64,000 nucleotides of DNA, taken from contig NC_043002.1 of NCBI RefSeq assembly GCF_006345805.1, positions 75,578,001 through 75,642,000 on the forward strand. Reading direction: 5' to 3'. The DNA is from Octopus sinensis. Taxonomy: Eukaryota. The notes under the pieces were generated by a model. It was given only the letters and a program-made list of their open reading frames with translations. It was not told where the DNA came from and did no database searches. Below are positions 13,590 to 25,179 of the stretch, piece after piece. The translations under genes and the position numbers were made by a program. How positions within the stretch are numbered: position 1 is the first letter of the stretch; the number at the start of each line of letters is the position of its first letter.

Positions 13590-14185
13590 TGCGATGTTGT
13601 CTTTGGGAATGCCCTTGTGTTCTTTCTTGAGGTACTATTATTGTTGCATTCTGTTTGGAGGTACTTAAGTTAATTTTTTTGGCTCAAAAAGCAAAAAGCA
13701 AGGCCATGTAGGGGGACATGGAGTTATGTACAGGGTGGTGTTCATCCAAAGAGTTCAGACCATTTCTGGTCAAGAGAGACTTTGAACCGAGCGGTTGTCG
13801 GCATCTTCACTATCTCGTCCGGCAGCTTATTCCATGGATCCACAACCCGGATGGAGAAAGTCCCTCTTCTTCGATTGAGATGAAATCGTCGCAGATAGAG
13901 CTTTTCGGAATGACCCTGCAGCCAACGCTCTGGAGCAGGAGTGAAGAAGAGCTCTTTCGAGAGGTTACACTTTCCTGTTGTAGTTTTTTTTTTTTGTGGT
14001 ACTGCTGTGCTTTATCTGGATGTTGTTCTGCCTGGAAACGTTGCAGTGTTTTCCCTGTAGAGGTCCTGGAGGTACTTTGGAGGAGCTGTTGTCTTCTATG
14101 TGGAGGTATTGTTGGGTTCCCTTTTGGGTGATTGTCGTGTTCCTTATGGAACACTGGAGGTATGGCTGCTTTTTCACACAAAGTA
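13590..14185. repeat. Degenerate ~23-bp GAGGTAC minisatellite, interrupted by a CR1 fragment
   Basis: Recurrent gaggtact...tt units on both sides of 13670-13975; same repeat family at 23140-23445. Confidence 0.6.
13670..13975 (-). mobile_element. CR1-clade LINE, 3' end of ORF2 plus 3' UTR
   Basis: Minus frame reads GKCNLSKELFFTPAPERWLQGHSEKLYLRRFHLNRRRGTFSIRVVDPWNKLPDEIVKMPTTARFKVSLDQKWSELFG* (stop 13742-13744), matching the CR1 C-terminal RGH..KL / FS.RVV..WN.LP / FK..LD pattern. Confidence 0.9.
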
Positions 14186-14274
14186 ATATGTGCCATTTGA
14201 GTTCATCATTGTGCTGATCATTTACCTTCCTCAGATCATTTCCCTTTTGTACTTTCTCTGCTCCCTCTCTCCTT

Positions 14275-14306
<32 letters not shown>

Positions 14307-14769
14307 CTTTGTGTCTTTATAACTTCAGTCTTTCCATTTCTGTTTGTGTTGCACCATTTGCTCTTATCATTCATCTCCATTATTCTCTCATTTCATACAA
14401 TCCTTAGCCTTTTGTATCCATTTCCTTCCTGGTTCGTCACACCATTTTTCATTTTATTAACCATAGCCCTCACTCTGTTTCTCCCTCTAACTCTCTATCT
14501 TTCCACTCACTTTGTCTTCTACCTCCCTTTATAATTCATCCCCACCTCTCTCTTTTATTACTCATATGGCCAATTAGCTGAAGTATTCTTTCAATATATT
14601 GTTTCATGCTGTTGTCTTGATTGATATGTGGTTTCATCAACAGTGGTTGATGGTAGAATTGGTTGACCGTTAACAAATTTGATGCTTCACATTGTTAAGT
14701 CTATTTAAGATCTAAGTTCAGTTTCCACTGAAGCCAACATTATCACATACACCCACACACACACACACA

Positions 14770-14912
14770 AGACAGGTTTCATTCAGTTTCTGTGTACCAA
14801 ATCCACTGGCCCAAAGCTATAAAAGATACTTGCCCAAGGTGTCTTGCAGTAGGACTGAACCTGCAACTGTGTGGTTGGGAAGCAAACTTCTTACCACATG
14901 GCCACACCTGCA
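14770..14912 (-). mobile_element. Family A SINE head fragment
   Basis: tacttgcccaaggt...gactgaacc...cttaccaca. Confidence 0.75.
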
Positions 14913-15185
14913 TACTCACACACACACACACACACCCTTTCATTTATATATTCCTGTAAACATATATCATCAAGATATAAATTATTAGAAAAATCATTTT
15001 TAACAGCAGAATTGAAAGTAAATAGTGTTAGCCTTTGACATTCTTCTCATCCAAGGGATTCTTTCTTTTTTACCCAGTATTCTACACCTTACTATTTATA
15101 GCTTCATCTACTCAAGGCCCACTATGGGTCATCAGTTTTGTCTATATTTTTAATGTTCTTTGTATACATATACATGTATATATAT

Positions 15186-15230
<45 letters not shown>

Positions 15231-15251
15231 CCATTGTCTTATGTTCTACAT

Positions 15252-15730
15252 GGCACTGACCTGGCTGTGTGGCAAAAGGCTTGCTTCCCAACCACATGGT
15301 TCCAGGTTCAGTCCCATTCTGTATAAGTAGCTTGCTTACCAACCACTTGGTTCTAGGTTCAGTCCCACTGCGTGGCACCTTGGGCAAGTGTCTTCTACTA
15401 TAGCCTCAGGCTGACCAAAGCCTTGTAAGTGGATTTGGTAAATGGAAACTGAAAGAAACCTGTCATGTATATGTATATATATATATATGTTTGTGTGTGT
15501 GTGTGTGTGTGTGTGTCTTTGTGTCTGTATTTGTCTCCCACCACCACTTGACAACCAGTGTTGGAATATTTATGTCTCCTTAGTGGTTTGACAAAAGAAA
15601 CCAATTGGGATAAGTACGCGGCTTAAAAACAAAAACTAAGTCCTAGGGTCAGTTTGTTTAACTAAAAAAAAAACCCTCACAGTGGTGCCCCAGCATGATC
15701 ACACTCAAATGACTGAAAGAAGTAAATAAA
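15252..15730 (+). mobile_element. Family A SINE with duplicated tRNA head
   Basis: gcttgctt..caaccac.tggtt.(c/t)aggttcagtccca occurs twice in tandem before the body. Confidence 0.85.
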
Positions 15731-15804
15731 AAAGGTCACCTATCACTTGATATGTTTTATGTCGATTGTATTTAATTTTACATTTATAATATTGCCTATG
15801 GTAT

Positions 15805-16045
15805 CGAGCTGGCAAAGGCGGCAAGCTGGCAGAAACGTTAGCTCGCCGGGCGAAATGCTTAGCGGTATTTCGTCTGCCATTACGTTGTGAGTTCAAATTC
15901 CGCCGAGGTCGACTTTGCTTTTCATCCTTTCGGGGTCGATAAATTAAGTACCAGTTACGCACTGGGGATCGATGTAATCAACTTAATACCTATGTCTGTC
16001 CTTGTTTGTCCCCTCTGTGTTTAGCCCCTTGTGGGCAGTAAAGAA
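15805..16045 (+). mobile_element. Family B SINE, young copy
   Basis: CpGs retained (cgccgggcgaaatgc, tccgccgaggtcgac, ttcggggtcgat), unlike the array copies. Confidence 0.9.
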
Positions 16046-17226
16046 GTAGGTATTGTTACATTACTTAAGTCATTATGTCAAATGTATCGCATCATCATCA
16101 AATTTCTTTCTTCATCATGTGCTGTATTCGTCCCAGTGTACGTCTTTGTTGCTGCTACACTGTATGTGCCACATCATTTATATCGCACTCAGCGTTGTTA
16201 TGCTTATTACTCACGTCATTTGTGTTTCGTTACATATCAACGTCATATGTCACGTCACACATGTTATTAAGTTATATTGTCTTGTTGTAGCCTATCTGTG
16301 ACAGTTGCCACAGGAACAAATTTTCTCTGCTAATTTTCTTATTATCATGCTCCCTTCCTTGCTCACACACAAACACAGAACTATACCTACATATATTTCA
16401 AACTAATAATAGCCATCACTGTTTCATACTTCTGACTTCCCTATTGTGTTGCTCCTCATTACTCTTTATTTATAATATGTATTCCATTTATTTCATGTGA
16501 CTATTTTTATATATATATATATATAGTTTTTATTCATTGCTTAGCTCTTTAGTTTTGCAAATCTGTATCTCTGAAAAGATTTATTTTAACAGCATGTTGT
16601 CGTAATCTCCAACATTTTTCTTCTGCTTTTCCACTTACTTCTTTTTTCTTAATTTTCTTCTTTTTTTTTTTTTACACATTAGTTTTGTTTGCTTTAAATA
16701 CCACTACCACAACAGTCACCACCACCACCACCACTGCTCTTAATGTGTTCAAGACGGCTTCCCCTTCTCAAACCTCTTCACCCACTGCATCCAACCTCCG
16801 GAAATCTGAGAGAAGACAAGATATCTTGATTAGAAATTGATGATTGCCTGCACCGAATGGCTTAAATATTCCCTGATTTCATGAAATATATTAATACACA
16901 CACACACACGCGCGCAAACACACACACACAGAGGCACACACTAACACACAAAATCATTTACATGTGTACACATACATACAAACAAGCACATTCACTTACA
17001 AATATATACACGCATGCACACCAGCATAAACATTTACATGTATATACATGCATTTGTGTATGCACACACCTATATATATGTGTATGTGTATATATGTATG
17101 TATATATATATATAGAGAGAGAGAGAGAGAAAGAGAGAGATGTGTGAATATAGTTATGTACATGTGTATAATCATGTGTGTGTATATATATATATAGATA
17201 GATACACCCTCTCTCTCTCTCTCTTT

Positions 17227-17277
<51 letters not shown>

Positions 17278-17336
17278 GCTATGTATATATAGAAGACAGA
17301 TAGGTAAGTGTATAGAGCTACATGCTTGTGTGTGTG

Positions 17337-17377
<41 letters not shown>

Positions 17378-17976
17378 CATCATACGAAATATATGTATGT
17401 ATAGACAGATAGGTTGATAGGTAAGTGTATAAAGCTATATACTTATCTATATATTTGCGCGCGCATGCGTGTGTGTGTGTGAGAGAGAGAGAGAGAGACA
17501 GAGAGTGGGGCAGAAGTGGTGGTGAGCTAAGATGGTAGAGTGCAAACAGATAAATTTATTTAGTTTTATTAAAAAATACCATTAGAATTCTCTTTCTTTC
17601 CACTCGTAGATTAAATATTTTCTTTCACATTTCATTTTGATATTTCCTGTTTCTTCTTCTTCTTAGTATCTGCTGCCATCATCATCATCATCATTTGTAT
17701 TTAATGTTTTGATAGATTTTTTTTTCATGTTTCTTTTTAAAAATAGATTTTTGTTTTTTGGCTTTTTTCACGATTTTCATATATTTTTATTTTATTTTAA
17801 CGTAGTCTTATTTTATCTCCTCCTCTTCCTCCTGCTCTGCGTCTCCTCCTCCTTCTTTGTTCCTTCTGTAATTTTTATTGTTCAGATTTGTTTAAGATTC
17901 GGGCTTGATCTAATTTAGATTCTCTCTTTATATATATTGTTAAAAATAAGTTGTTTTTTTTTTTTTGTATACTCAG

Positions 17977-18003
17977 ATATACAAGCTGCTTAAGAATAGA
18001 GCG
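17977..18003 (+). CDS. Candidate 27-nt microexon IYKLLKNRA
   Basis: Long poly-T tract then gtatactcag|; gcg|gtaatt donor; length divisible by 3. Confidence 0.4.
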
Positions 18004-18709
18004 GTAATTGTAATTCTATGAGAATCTAACAAATATTCGAGGTTTTGGGTTTTTTTAAAAAAAAAACACACGCACACACAAAACAATCTGTCATTTTTTT
18101 TTTATGTTAGGTCATTATTGTTTTTGCTTTATTTTTGTTTTTCTTCTGTGGCTATGGGTGTTTGGATAGACTGCGACTGGAACATATTGTTGTTGTCGTT
18201 GTTCTTGTAGGTAACAAATATTTTGATATTTTTAGTTTATTTCTGTGATTGTTATTAAGAAATGAATCTATATTCTCCTGACACAGCTACAACAATCACA
18301 TTCTCACTGTGTGTGTGTGTGTGGAACTAAGGTTTCAGCATTGTGTAAGAATAGTCATTATAAACTGTATTGTTGTCTGTATGCTCTGTTATTGTCTGCA
18401 AGAATCAGCCAATATTGTCATGTTGGTGCCACTTGTTATATATACTATATGTGATTAGAGTCTTAATTTTTGATAGCGATGGGTTGGATGTTGTGGGGGA
18501 AAAAATAACAATGATTTAAAGAGAAAGGTGTGTGTATGTATGTCTATATACATAGATACATATATAATTGTTTTGCAAACTTTGTTGTAATACACATATA
18601 TGTACAGATGCACAAAGATGCACATACACATATATATTAAATTTTTACAAGGAAAGTTGTGTTTGTGTGTGTGTGTTTGTATGTATGTATATATATCTAT
18701 ATATATATA

Positions 18710-18870
18710 TGTATATCTGCTGAGTGGTTGGTGTTAGGAAGGGCATGTAGCTGTAAAAATCGTGCCAAAACTGTCACAGAAGTCTGGTGCTGGCTTCTGC
18801 CTGGCTGCTGTCTGTCAAACCATCCCAGCCATGCCAGTATGGAAGGCAGATGTTAAACAATGATGATACT
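18710..18870 (-). mobile_element. Family D short interspersed repeat
   Basis: rc of ggatgcccttcctaa..caacc-type motif plus catgccag.atggaa; copies near 35130-35370, 47030-47170 and 53190-53430. Confidence 0.7.
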
Positions 18871-18909
18871 GATGTGTGTGTATGTGTATATATATATATA
18901 TGTATGTAT

Positions 18910-18940
<31 letters not shown>

Positions 18941-18958
18941 CATATGTATATATGTATG

Positions 18959-19145
18959 GACCGCGTGTGTATTGTTGGCGATTTTCTTTCTCCGTCTTCC
19001 CTTCCTTGGACCTTTCCCTTTTCTATGTTTCTGACGAAGAGCTCCACTCGAAACGTTAAATCCTCCTCCTTCTTTCTTTCCTTTCCTGAGTGTCCAATAA
19101 CACTATACTTGTTCCATGTCCTCGCATTGTTGTGTTCACTTTTTT
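18959..19145 (+). mobile_element. Penelope-like pLTR-type fragment carrying a minimal hammerhead
   Basis: Unique segment abutting (TA)n, containing ctgacgaagagctccactcgaaacgtt; family assignment inferred from the ribozyme type. Confidence 0.55.
19027..19061 (+). ncRNA. Minimal type I hammerhead ribozyme motif, decayed
   Basis: gttt CTGACGA A GAGC tcc ACTC GAAA C G T T aaat; one C-A mismatch in stem II; palindromic AACGTT instead of stem III; stem I only 3-4 bp. Confidence 0.55.
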
Positions 19146-19385
19146 AAAGCCTAGCCAGGCTCATGGGCCCGGTTTCCCAGTTTCTATGGCGTATGTGTTC
19201 CCCACCTGGACAGGACGCCAGTCCATCACAGCATTACTCGTTTTTGCCAGCTGAGTGGACTGGAGCAACGTGAAATGAAGTGTTTTGCTCAAGAACACAA
19301 TGCGTCACCTGATCCAGGACTCAAAACCACAATCTTACAATCATGATGCTGACACCCTAACCACTAAGTCACGCGCCTCCACTTC
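19146..19385 (-). mobile_element. Family C SINE
   Basis: gctgagtggactggagcaacgtgaaat..tgctcaagaacac..taaccactaag is the rc of the 2068 head/body. Confidence 0.85.
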
Positions 19386-20204
19386 AGAGGTAACATAGTC
19401 ATTCATTTTCATGCTCTCTTTAGGATAGGTTTGGTCAGTGGTCAGTTGATTTACTATTAGTGCTAACCCCCTTAGCTTTTTGCCACTCCTTAGGCATTCA
19501 TTGGCAGTGAGGATCTCATTGCTTTCCAAGGCAGCCAAGATTAGACTATCCATTCTGTTTTACTCTTGGTGTAGCTCTGGACCAGCATTTCAACTATTGG
19601 AAGGTGAACATGGAGCAGAAGGTAGAGTTTGCTTTCTGTCCAGTTTATAGTCCATGTCTATATAGTCACTCAGTTTGCTGGAAATAGCAACTAAATCTTC
19701 ATCAAGTCACACCACATTGTTGCCGAAAGAAAATAAAAAGAACATATTGCATAATTAAGTCCTAGATACATTATATCTTATGTCTGAAGGTTTGAAAAAA
19801 AAAGAAGAAAAAAAAGATTGGATGGTCACAGCTGAAACACCTTTTGATCATAGTTCTGCTTGATCAGGGCTGACTTGAGGCTAAACAGCAACAACAAGAA
19901 CAACGAGGAAGAGAATTTGAGTGTGTTAAGGGGAGAAAAAAAAAACAACAAAAAAAACAAACAAACAAAAGTTAAGTTAGAAAGGAGGAAATTTACTTAT
20001 CGCCATGCCATGCTTAGCTGGTTTTAGTTGGTTTATCTTTGTGCTTGGTCAGCTCAAATAGAACTAACAGAAGCTACTCAACAAGTAGCAATGAAAGAAA
20101 TAAGTAAAAAGAAAAACAAAGTAAAAAAAGATGAAATATAAAACTGTAGTATGTTTAGTAGTTATAATAGCTTTATTACCATATATGCTTTTATTTGAGG
20201 TTTT

Positions 20205-20435
20205 TTTTATACTTGTTTCAGTCACTGGATTGTGGCCATGCTGGAGCACTGTCTTGTGAGGCTAGTTGACCAAATCAAACCCAGTTTTTATTTGAAGTCT
20301 GGTTCTTATTCTGTCAGTCACTTTTGTTGAACAGCTAGGTTAGGGATGTATATGAAAACAAAATAAAGCCAGTTGTCAAGTGGTGGTAGTGACCAACAAA
20401 GACACATGCACGCACACTCACACATACACACACTT
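20205..20435 (-). mobile_element. Family A SINE, 3' half
   Basis: tacttgtttcagtcactggattgtggccatgctggagcac. Confidence 0.75.
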
Positions 20436-20652
20436 GATCAACTTTTTCTGAACCAAAAGTCCACTTGATCTCAGATGACCATGGTCACTCAACAACAAAA
20501 GCACCAATAAATGCCAGATACTATTCTTTTTAGCTCCAGGTCAGCTTTGGCTGGGCTGATATATGATCATAAACATTCCATCTATGACCAACACTCCATT
20601 TTTTTTTTCTTAGATCCACAGTGTATATAGAATATTGTCTCCTTCCTATTCA

Positions 20653-20880
20653 ACTCTTTTGTTACGATATTTCTGTTGAGATGCTATATGTTTCTTTCAA
20701 TTAATTTTAAATATAAATTATAATTTAGTAAAATAACTTAGTTATCATTAAGCTAGTATTAGGAACATAAATTGTGACTAAGGTTTGGTGGAAGATTTTA
20801 ATTCAGAACTTTTGGAAACATGACATTTGTACTACAGAGCCAGAGCTGGTTTTAGCTGAGTTGGTACCAAAATGGTTAAA
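20653..20880. mobile_element. ~225-bp MITE with degenerate TIRs
   Basis: Left caactcttttgttac versus rc of right ttaaccattttggtacc; related sequence at 1-184 and 60210-60345. Confidence 0.7.
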
Positions 20881-21401
20881 GATGGTTGGATTTGATTTGA
20901 GGAAAATTTGGCTACTATTTCAGGTACATTGTGTAACCATGAAAGATGTTCTTGTATTACCAGTTATGGACTTATGTGGATAAGCAATGTGTAATTGGAC
21001 TGAATTTTCTAGCTCTCCTTTTAACTCAAAATATATGTTGTCTTCTATATTTGTGCTGTAAGCAGCATGATACACCTTCAGCATGCTAAAGGTTAATGGT
21101 AGTTAATACATCATGCAGGGAATTAGAATTCACTGATATTATTAATAATTTATTTTTTATCATTTATTGACCCTTACTGTGTGGTAACTGAGTATACTCA
21201 GTTATGTGCATGTGCACTTAGCACACCGGAACTGAGTTAACTAATTTTTGATAGTGAGGTACTTTCCAGAATTCCCCCATTTCATATGATGTGATACTCA
21301 TATTTTCCTATTTACTGGCCACTAGAAAGAGGTTGCGAGAACTGATTTGCAAACAATTACCATGTTACATCACCATCGAAAAGTTAATCATGGCTGTGTG
21401 C

Positions 21402-21803
21402 ATAGGTGCAGGAGTGGTTATGTGGTAAGTAGCTTGCTTACCACCCACATGGCTCCAGGTTCATTCCCACTGTGTGGCACCTTGGGCAAGTGTCTTCTAC
21501 TATAGCCTCGGGTTGACCAAAGCCTTGTAAGTGGATTTAGTAGATGGAAACTGAAAGAAGCCCGTCGTATATATATATATATATATATTATATGTTTGTG
21601 TGTCTGTGTTTGTCCCCCCAACATTTCTTGACAACTGGTGGTGGTGTGTTTGCGTCCCCGTAACTTAGCGGTTTGGCAAAAGAGACCAATAGAATAAGTA
21701 CTAGGCTTACAAAGAATAAGTCCTGGGGTCAATTTGCTCAACTAAAGGCGGTGCTCCAGCATGGCCACAGTCAAATGACTGAAACAAGTAAAAGAGTAAA
21801 AGA
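21402..21803 (+). mobile_element. Family A SINE, full length
   Basis: Head caggagtggttatgtggtaagtagcttgct..ggttcattccc, internal (TA)n, tail (agtaaaag)n. Confidence 0.92.
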
Positions 21804-23139
21804 AAGTACAGTGAGGGTTAATTAATCATTCAATTTTGAAATTGATGTCCAGGAATAGATATTTTGTAAATATATATGAAAGCATTCAACTTTAGTGTAG
21901 TCAACCTATTTTGGCTGGTGAAAGTGACATGATGACAGCTACAAATCAACAACAGGTACAAACCACATTCCCAGTGTGTACCAACAATTATTACAGTGTA
22001 TTGGCAAACTTCATTCAAATTCATACAATAGTTTCATCTTTAGGGACTAAATGCATTTTATCAAACTCTCTAGTTTCTAACAAGATTGAAAGATTTATAC
22101 ACAAAAGCACTACAGGACTTTAAGAATTACACCCCCTATGGCCCCTGTGGTTAAAATGGTCTCTTATCAATCACATGTTTCTAAGTTTGTCCCTCTGTGT
22201 GAAATTTTTGGTCAACTCAGACCTTGTGAGGGAAATCTAGTGGACAGAAACTGTGTAGAAGCGCTTATCTGATGGACTGTATTTGATAAGTCATGGTTTC
22301 TGTTTTGCTTTTGTTACCAACCTCAGAGTCCTTCAATTGTTATGGACACTGACCATTTATCCTCTGACAAAGCCATACTCATTCCCACCTCTCTAAGAGG
22401 GTTATTTAATGGTAATTTTCTTCAGAAACACATGTTTATTCACGCTTTCTTTTTCACCTTACCCATGAAGTTCTCCCATTTTCTGAATACCAAAAGTTGG
22501 TTAGCTGATTCTATTTATGGCCCTCACATGTGGTAAATGAAATATTGGTTCCCCTACATTCACACAAAACCATACTTATGTAGGGACAGACAGTCAATTA
22601 AATCAACTCTAGTATTTACCAGGTACTTATATCAAATGCGTGTGTGTATGTCTGTTTGTGATGTGTGTGTGTATAATGTACTTAAATGGATGTATGACTG
22701 AATAATGTGTATATGTATGAATATTTGTATATGCATGTGTACGTGATGTGCTTAAATGGATGTCTTTGTGTGTGCGCATGCATATATCTATGTATTTTCA
22801 TGCTTGAATCTATATGTTCTTTCTATATTCAAACAATGTCTCTGCTTATCTGATTTTATATTTTATATATATTTTTTTTTAAAAAAAGAAGACAAATTTA
22901 ATTTGTTTCTTGGAAATTTTAGCTCGGAGATGTTGTTGTAATTTGTCACTGAACTAAGTAAAATTGTGAATTCAATCATTGTTTCAGATCTAGTTATAGC
23001 ATTGCCTGCCTGAGGCAGATTTGTTTTTAAAATCTCTTAGCCATTTACAGTTGTTTATTGTTTTCAACTCTTTGCTTCACTCTCAATGTGATAATTTTTG
23101 GCCTAATGTTTTGTTGTCTTTTGGAGTGTTGCTGTGTTC

Positions 23140-23445
23140 TCTTCTAGGTAGGCTTGCTTTCCCTCTGAAGATACAGTTGTGTGGTTTTTGGAGGTACTGT
23201 TGTGTTATCATTAGGTGTACTGTTTTGTTCTCTTTGGAAGCAGTTATCTTATATTTCAGGTACTATTATTATCTTTCGACATACTGTTACGTTTTTCTCA
23301 GGGACATTATTTGGTTTCGTTGGTGGTACTGTTCTGTGTTGTTTTTAGAGGTACCATTGCTTTCTCTCTGGAATTACCATGTTCTCTTTAGAGATATGGT
23401 TGTGTTCTCATTGGAAGCACCAGTCTTTTCTCTTTATAGGTAGCT
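23140..23445. repeat. Degenerate ~23-bp minisatellite, about 13 units
   Basis: Units resembling ggaggtactgttgtgttctcttt, e.g. ggaggtactgttgtgttatcatt and agaggtaccattgctttctctct. Confidence 0.7.
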
Positions 23446-24762
23446 GTTGTTATTTAGCCTCTTGCCAGTCTCGACTGAGTAGACCTATGCTCAAATGCAT
23501 TCTAGCCATGATCATTCCAGCCTTTTTTTTATATTGGGTACTACAGTATCTATAAGATGTTAGATTGTTATTTGAGAGTAATTCAATGTCTCTGTCTAAC
23601 AAATTGAGAAACTGCACAGAGACTTCTGCTACACTAATTTTGGGGCTTTTTGTACTGCCCCCTACTTAATTTTCTGTCATCATTCTTGTCAAAATAGTTG
23701 TCACCAGCATCATCTCCATCACTACCACAATTATCATAATTATTATCATTGTCATCAGCATCAAATTCTCCTTCCCTCCTTTCAATTGAATTTAGTTATC
23801 AATTCTTATTGATAAAAGACATTCCAATGCTCTTGGATTCCAATAATTTTGAATATTGTGTATGTAGTAGTAGTGGTGGTGGTGTTTGGTAGGGATCTGT
23901 GCATGTCTTTGTGCACGTTTCCAGGCATGCTTTGTATGTCCTGTCTAATATTCCAATCCTTATCTCCTTGCTGTCCCATTAATACTCTGGCTCAAAGCTC
24001 TTGCTAAAGCATATTTCTGGACATGTTTGCACTGTTCACATTTGTCAGACGTCCATTGCTCTTGCACATCTATTTAGCATCTTATTTTGAGATGACTAAT
24101 GTATTTTGCTCACCATTGAATGTCTCTTCTCTCTTTGTCTCTCTCTCTCCATCTCTGTCTGTCTGTTTGTCTTTTTCTCTCTGTACCTTTGTGTGTGTGT
24201 CAATTTGTTTCAGACTGTCTGTCTGTGTATGTATGGCTTACGTATTACACAGGAGTTTATGTTGGTGATATATAGGTGCATGATTGTAGATACATAACTA
24301 TTTGGTCAGGTGTGTGTGTTTGTGTGTGTGAGAGAGAGAGAATGTATGTCTGTGCTTGTATCTATATGTGTGTATGATATTGAGAGAAAATGATGCAGTG
24401 TATGCATGTGTGCATGCACACGTAAATGTTTATGCTTGCGTTTATTCAGTTATATGTGTAATTCACATGTCTGAATTTTGGAAAGTACTTAGTTTACAAA
24501 CTTTTTTTTTTTACTACAGGTCCACACACAAACACATGCATTCATACATATTATGTGTGTGTATGTGTTTGTACGAACATATGTACACAGACATGTAAGT
24601 TGAATAGAGTGAGAAATATGTGTGTGTGTGTCTGTGTAAGCTATAGAAAATATTAAAGTTAGGTGAGGTTATTATGAGATAAATTCCAAGATGTTGGTTC
24701 CAAAGAGGCAAATGCAGAAGCTATAAATAAAACGCTGCCAATAAGACATATTTCTAACTTAC

Positions 24763-24857
24763 TGTGCTAAATGACCCAGTGAGAACCACATTGCTTCATT
24801 GTGGTTGAAAAATCTATAATGTTTATGTTGAAATACATGGCCACTGACCACTTGTGG
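24763..24857 (-). CDS. Candidate exon PQVVSGHVFQHKHYRFFNHNEAMWFSLGHLA
   Basis: gcaca|gtaagt donor; acceptor ...cacacaccag after a CT/CA tract; open for 31 codons plus 2 nt. Confidence 0.2.
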
Positions 24858-24916
24858 CTGGTGTGTGTGTGTGAGAGTGAGGGAGGCAGAGAGAGAATTT
24901 GTGTGCTTGTATGAAT

Positions 24917-24959
<43 letters not shown>

Positions 24960-25139
24960 TGGAAGGAATCTGTGCTTGTGTGTGTAATAGAGAAAGTGTG
25001 TATCTGAGTAAGAAAATATGGACAGAAGAAATGCATGAGAATGTGTGTGAGTTGATGTGTACGTGAGTAGTAAAAGTAGAAAGAATTGGAGAAAATGATT
25101 GTGTTTTTGGGGGTTATTATAAAGTAGCCATTGTTATGC

Positions 25140-25179
<40 letters not shown>

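Noticed and set aside
17977-18003. Identity with BK/Slo channel linker exons (IYK resembles STREX SIYKRM)
   Set aside because: The phase-1 reading has a stop, and no CKACH or YDSTGMFHW exon was found in the window.
21402-21480. SINE heads as tRNA genes
   Set aside because: A- and B-box-like motifs only; no complete cloverleaf, and they continue into the SINE body.
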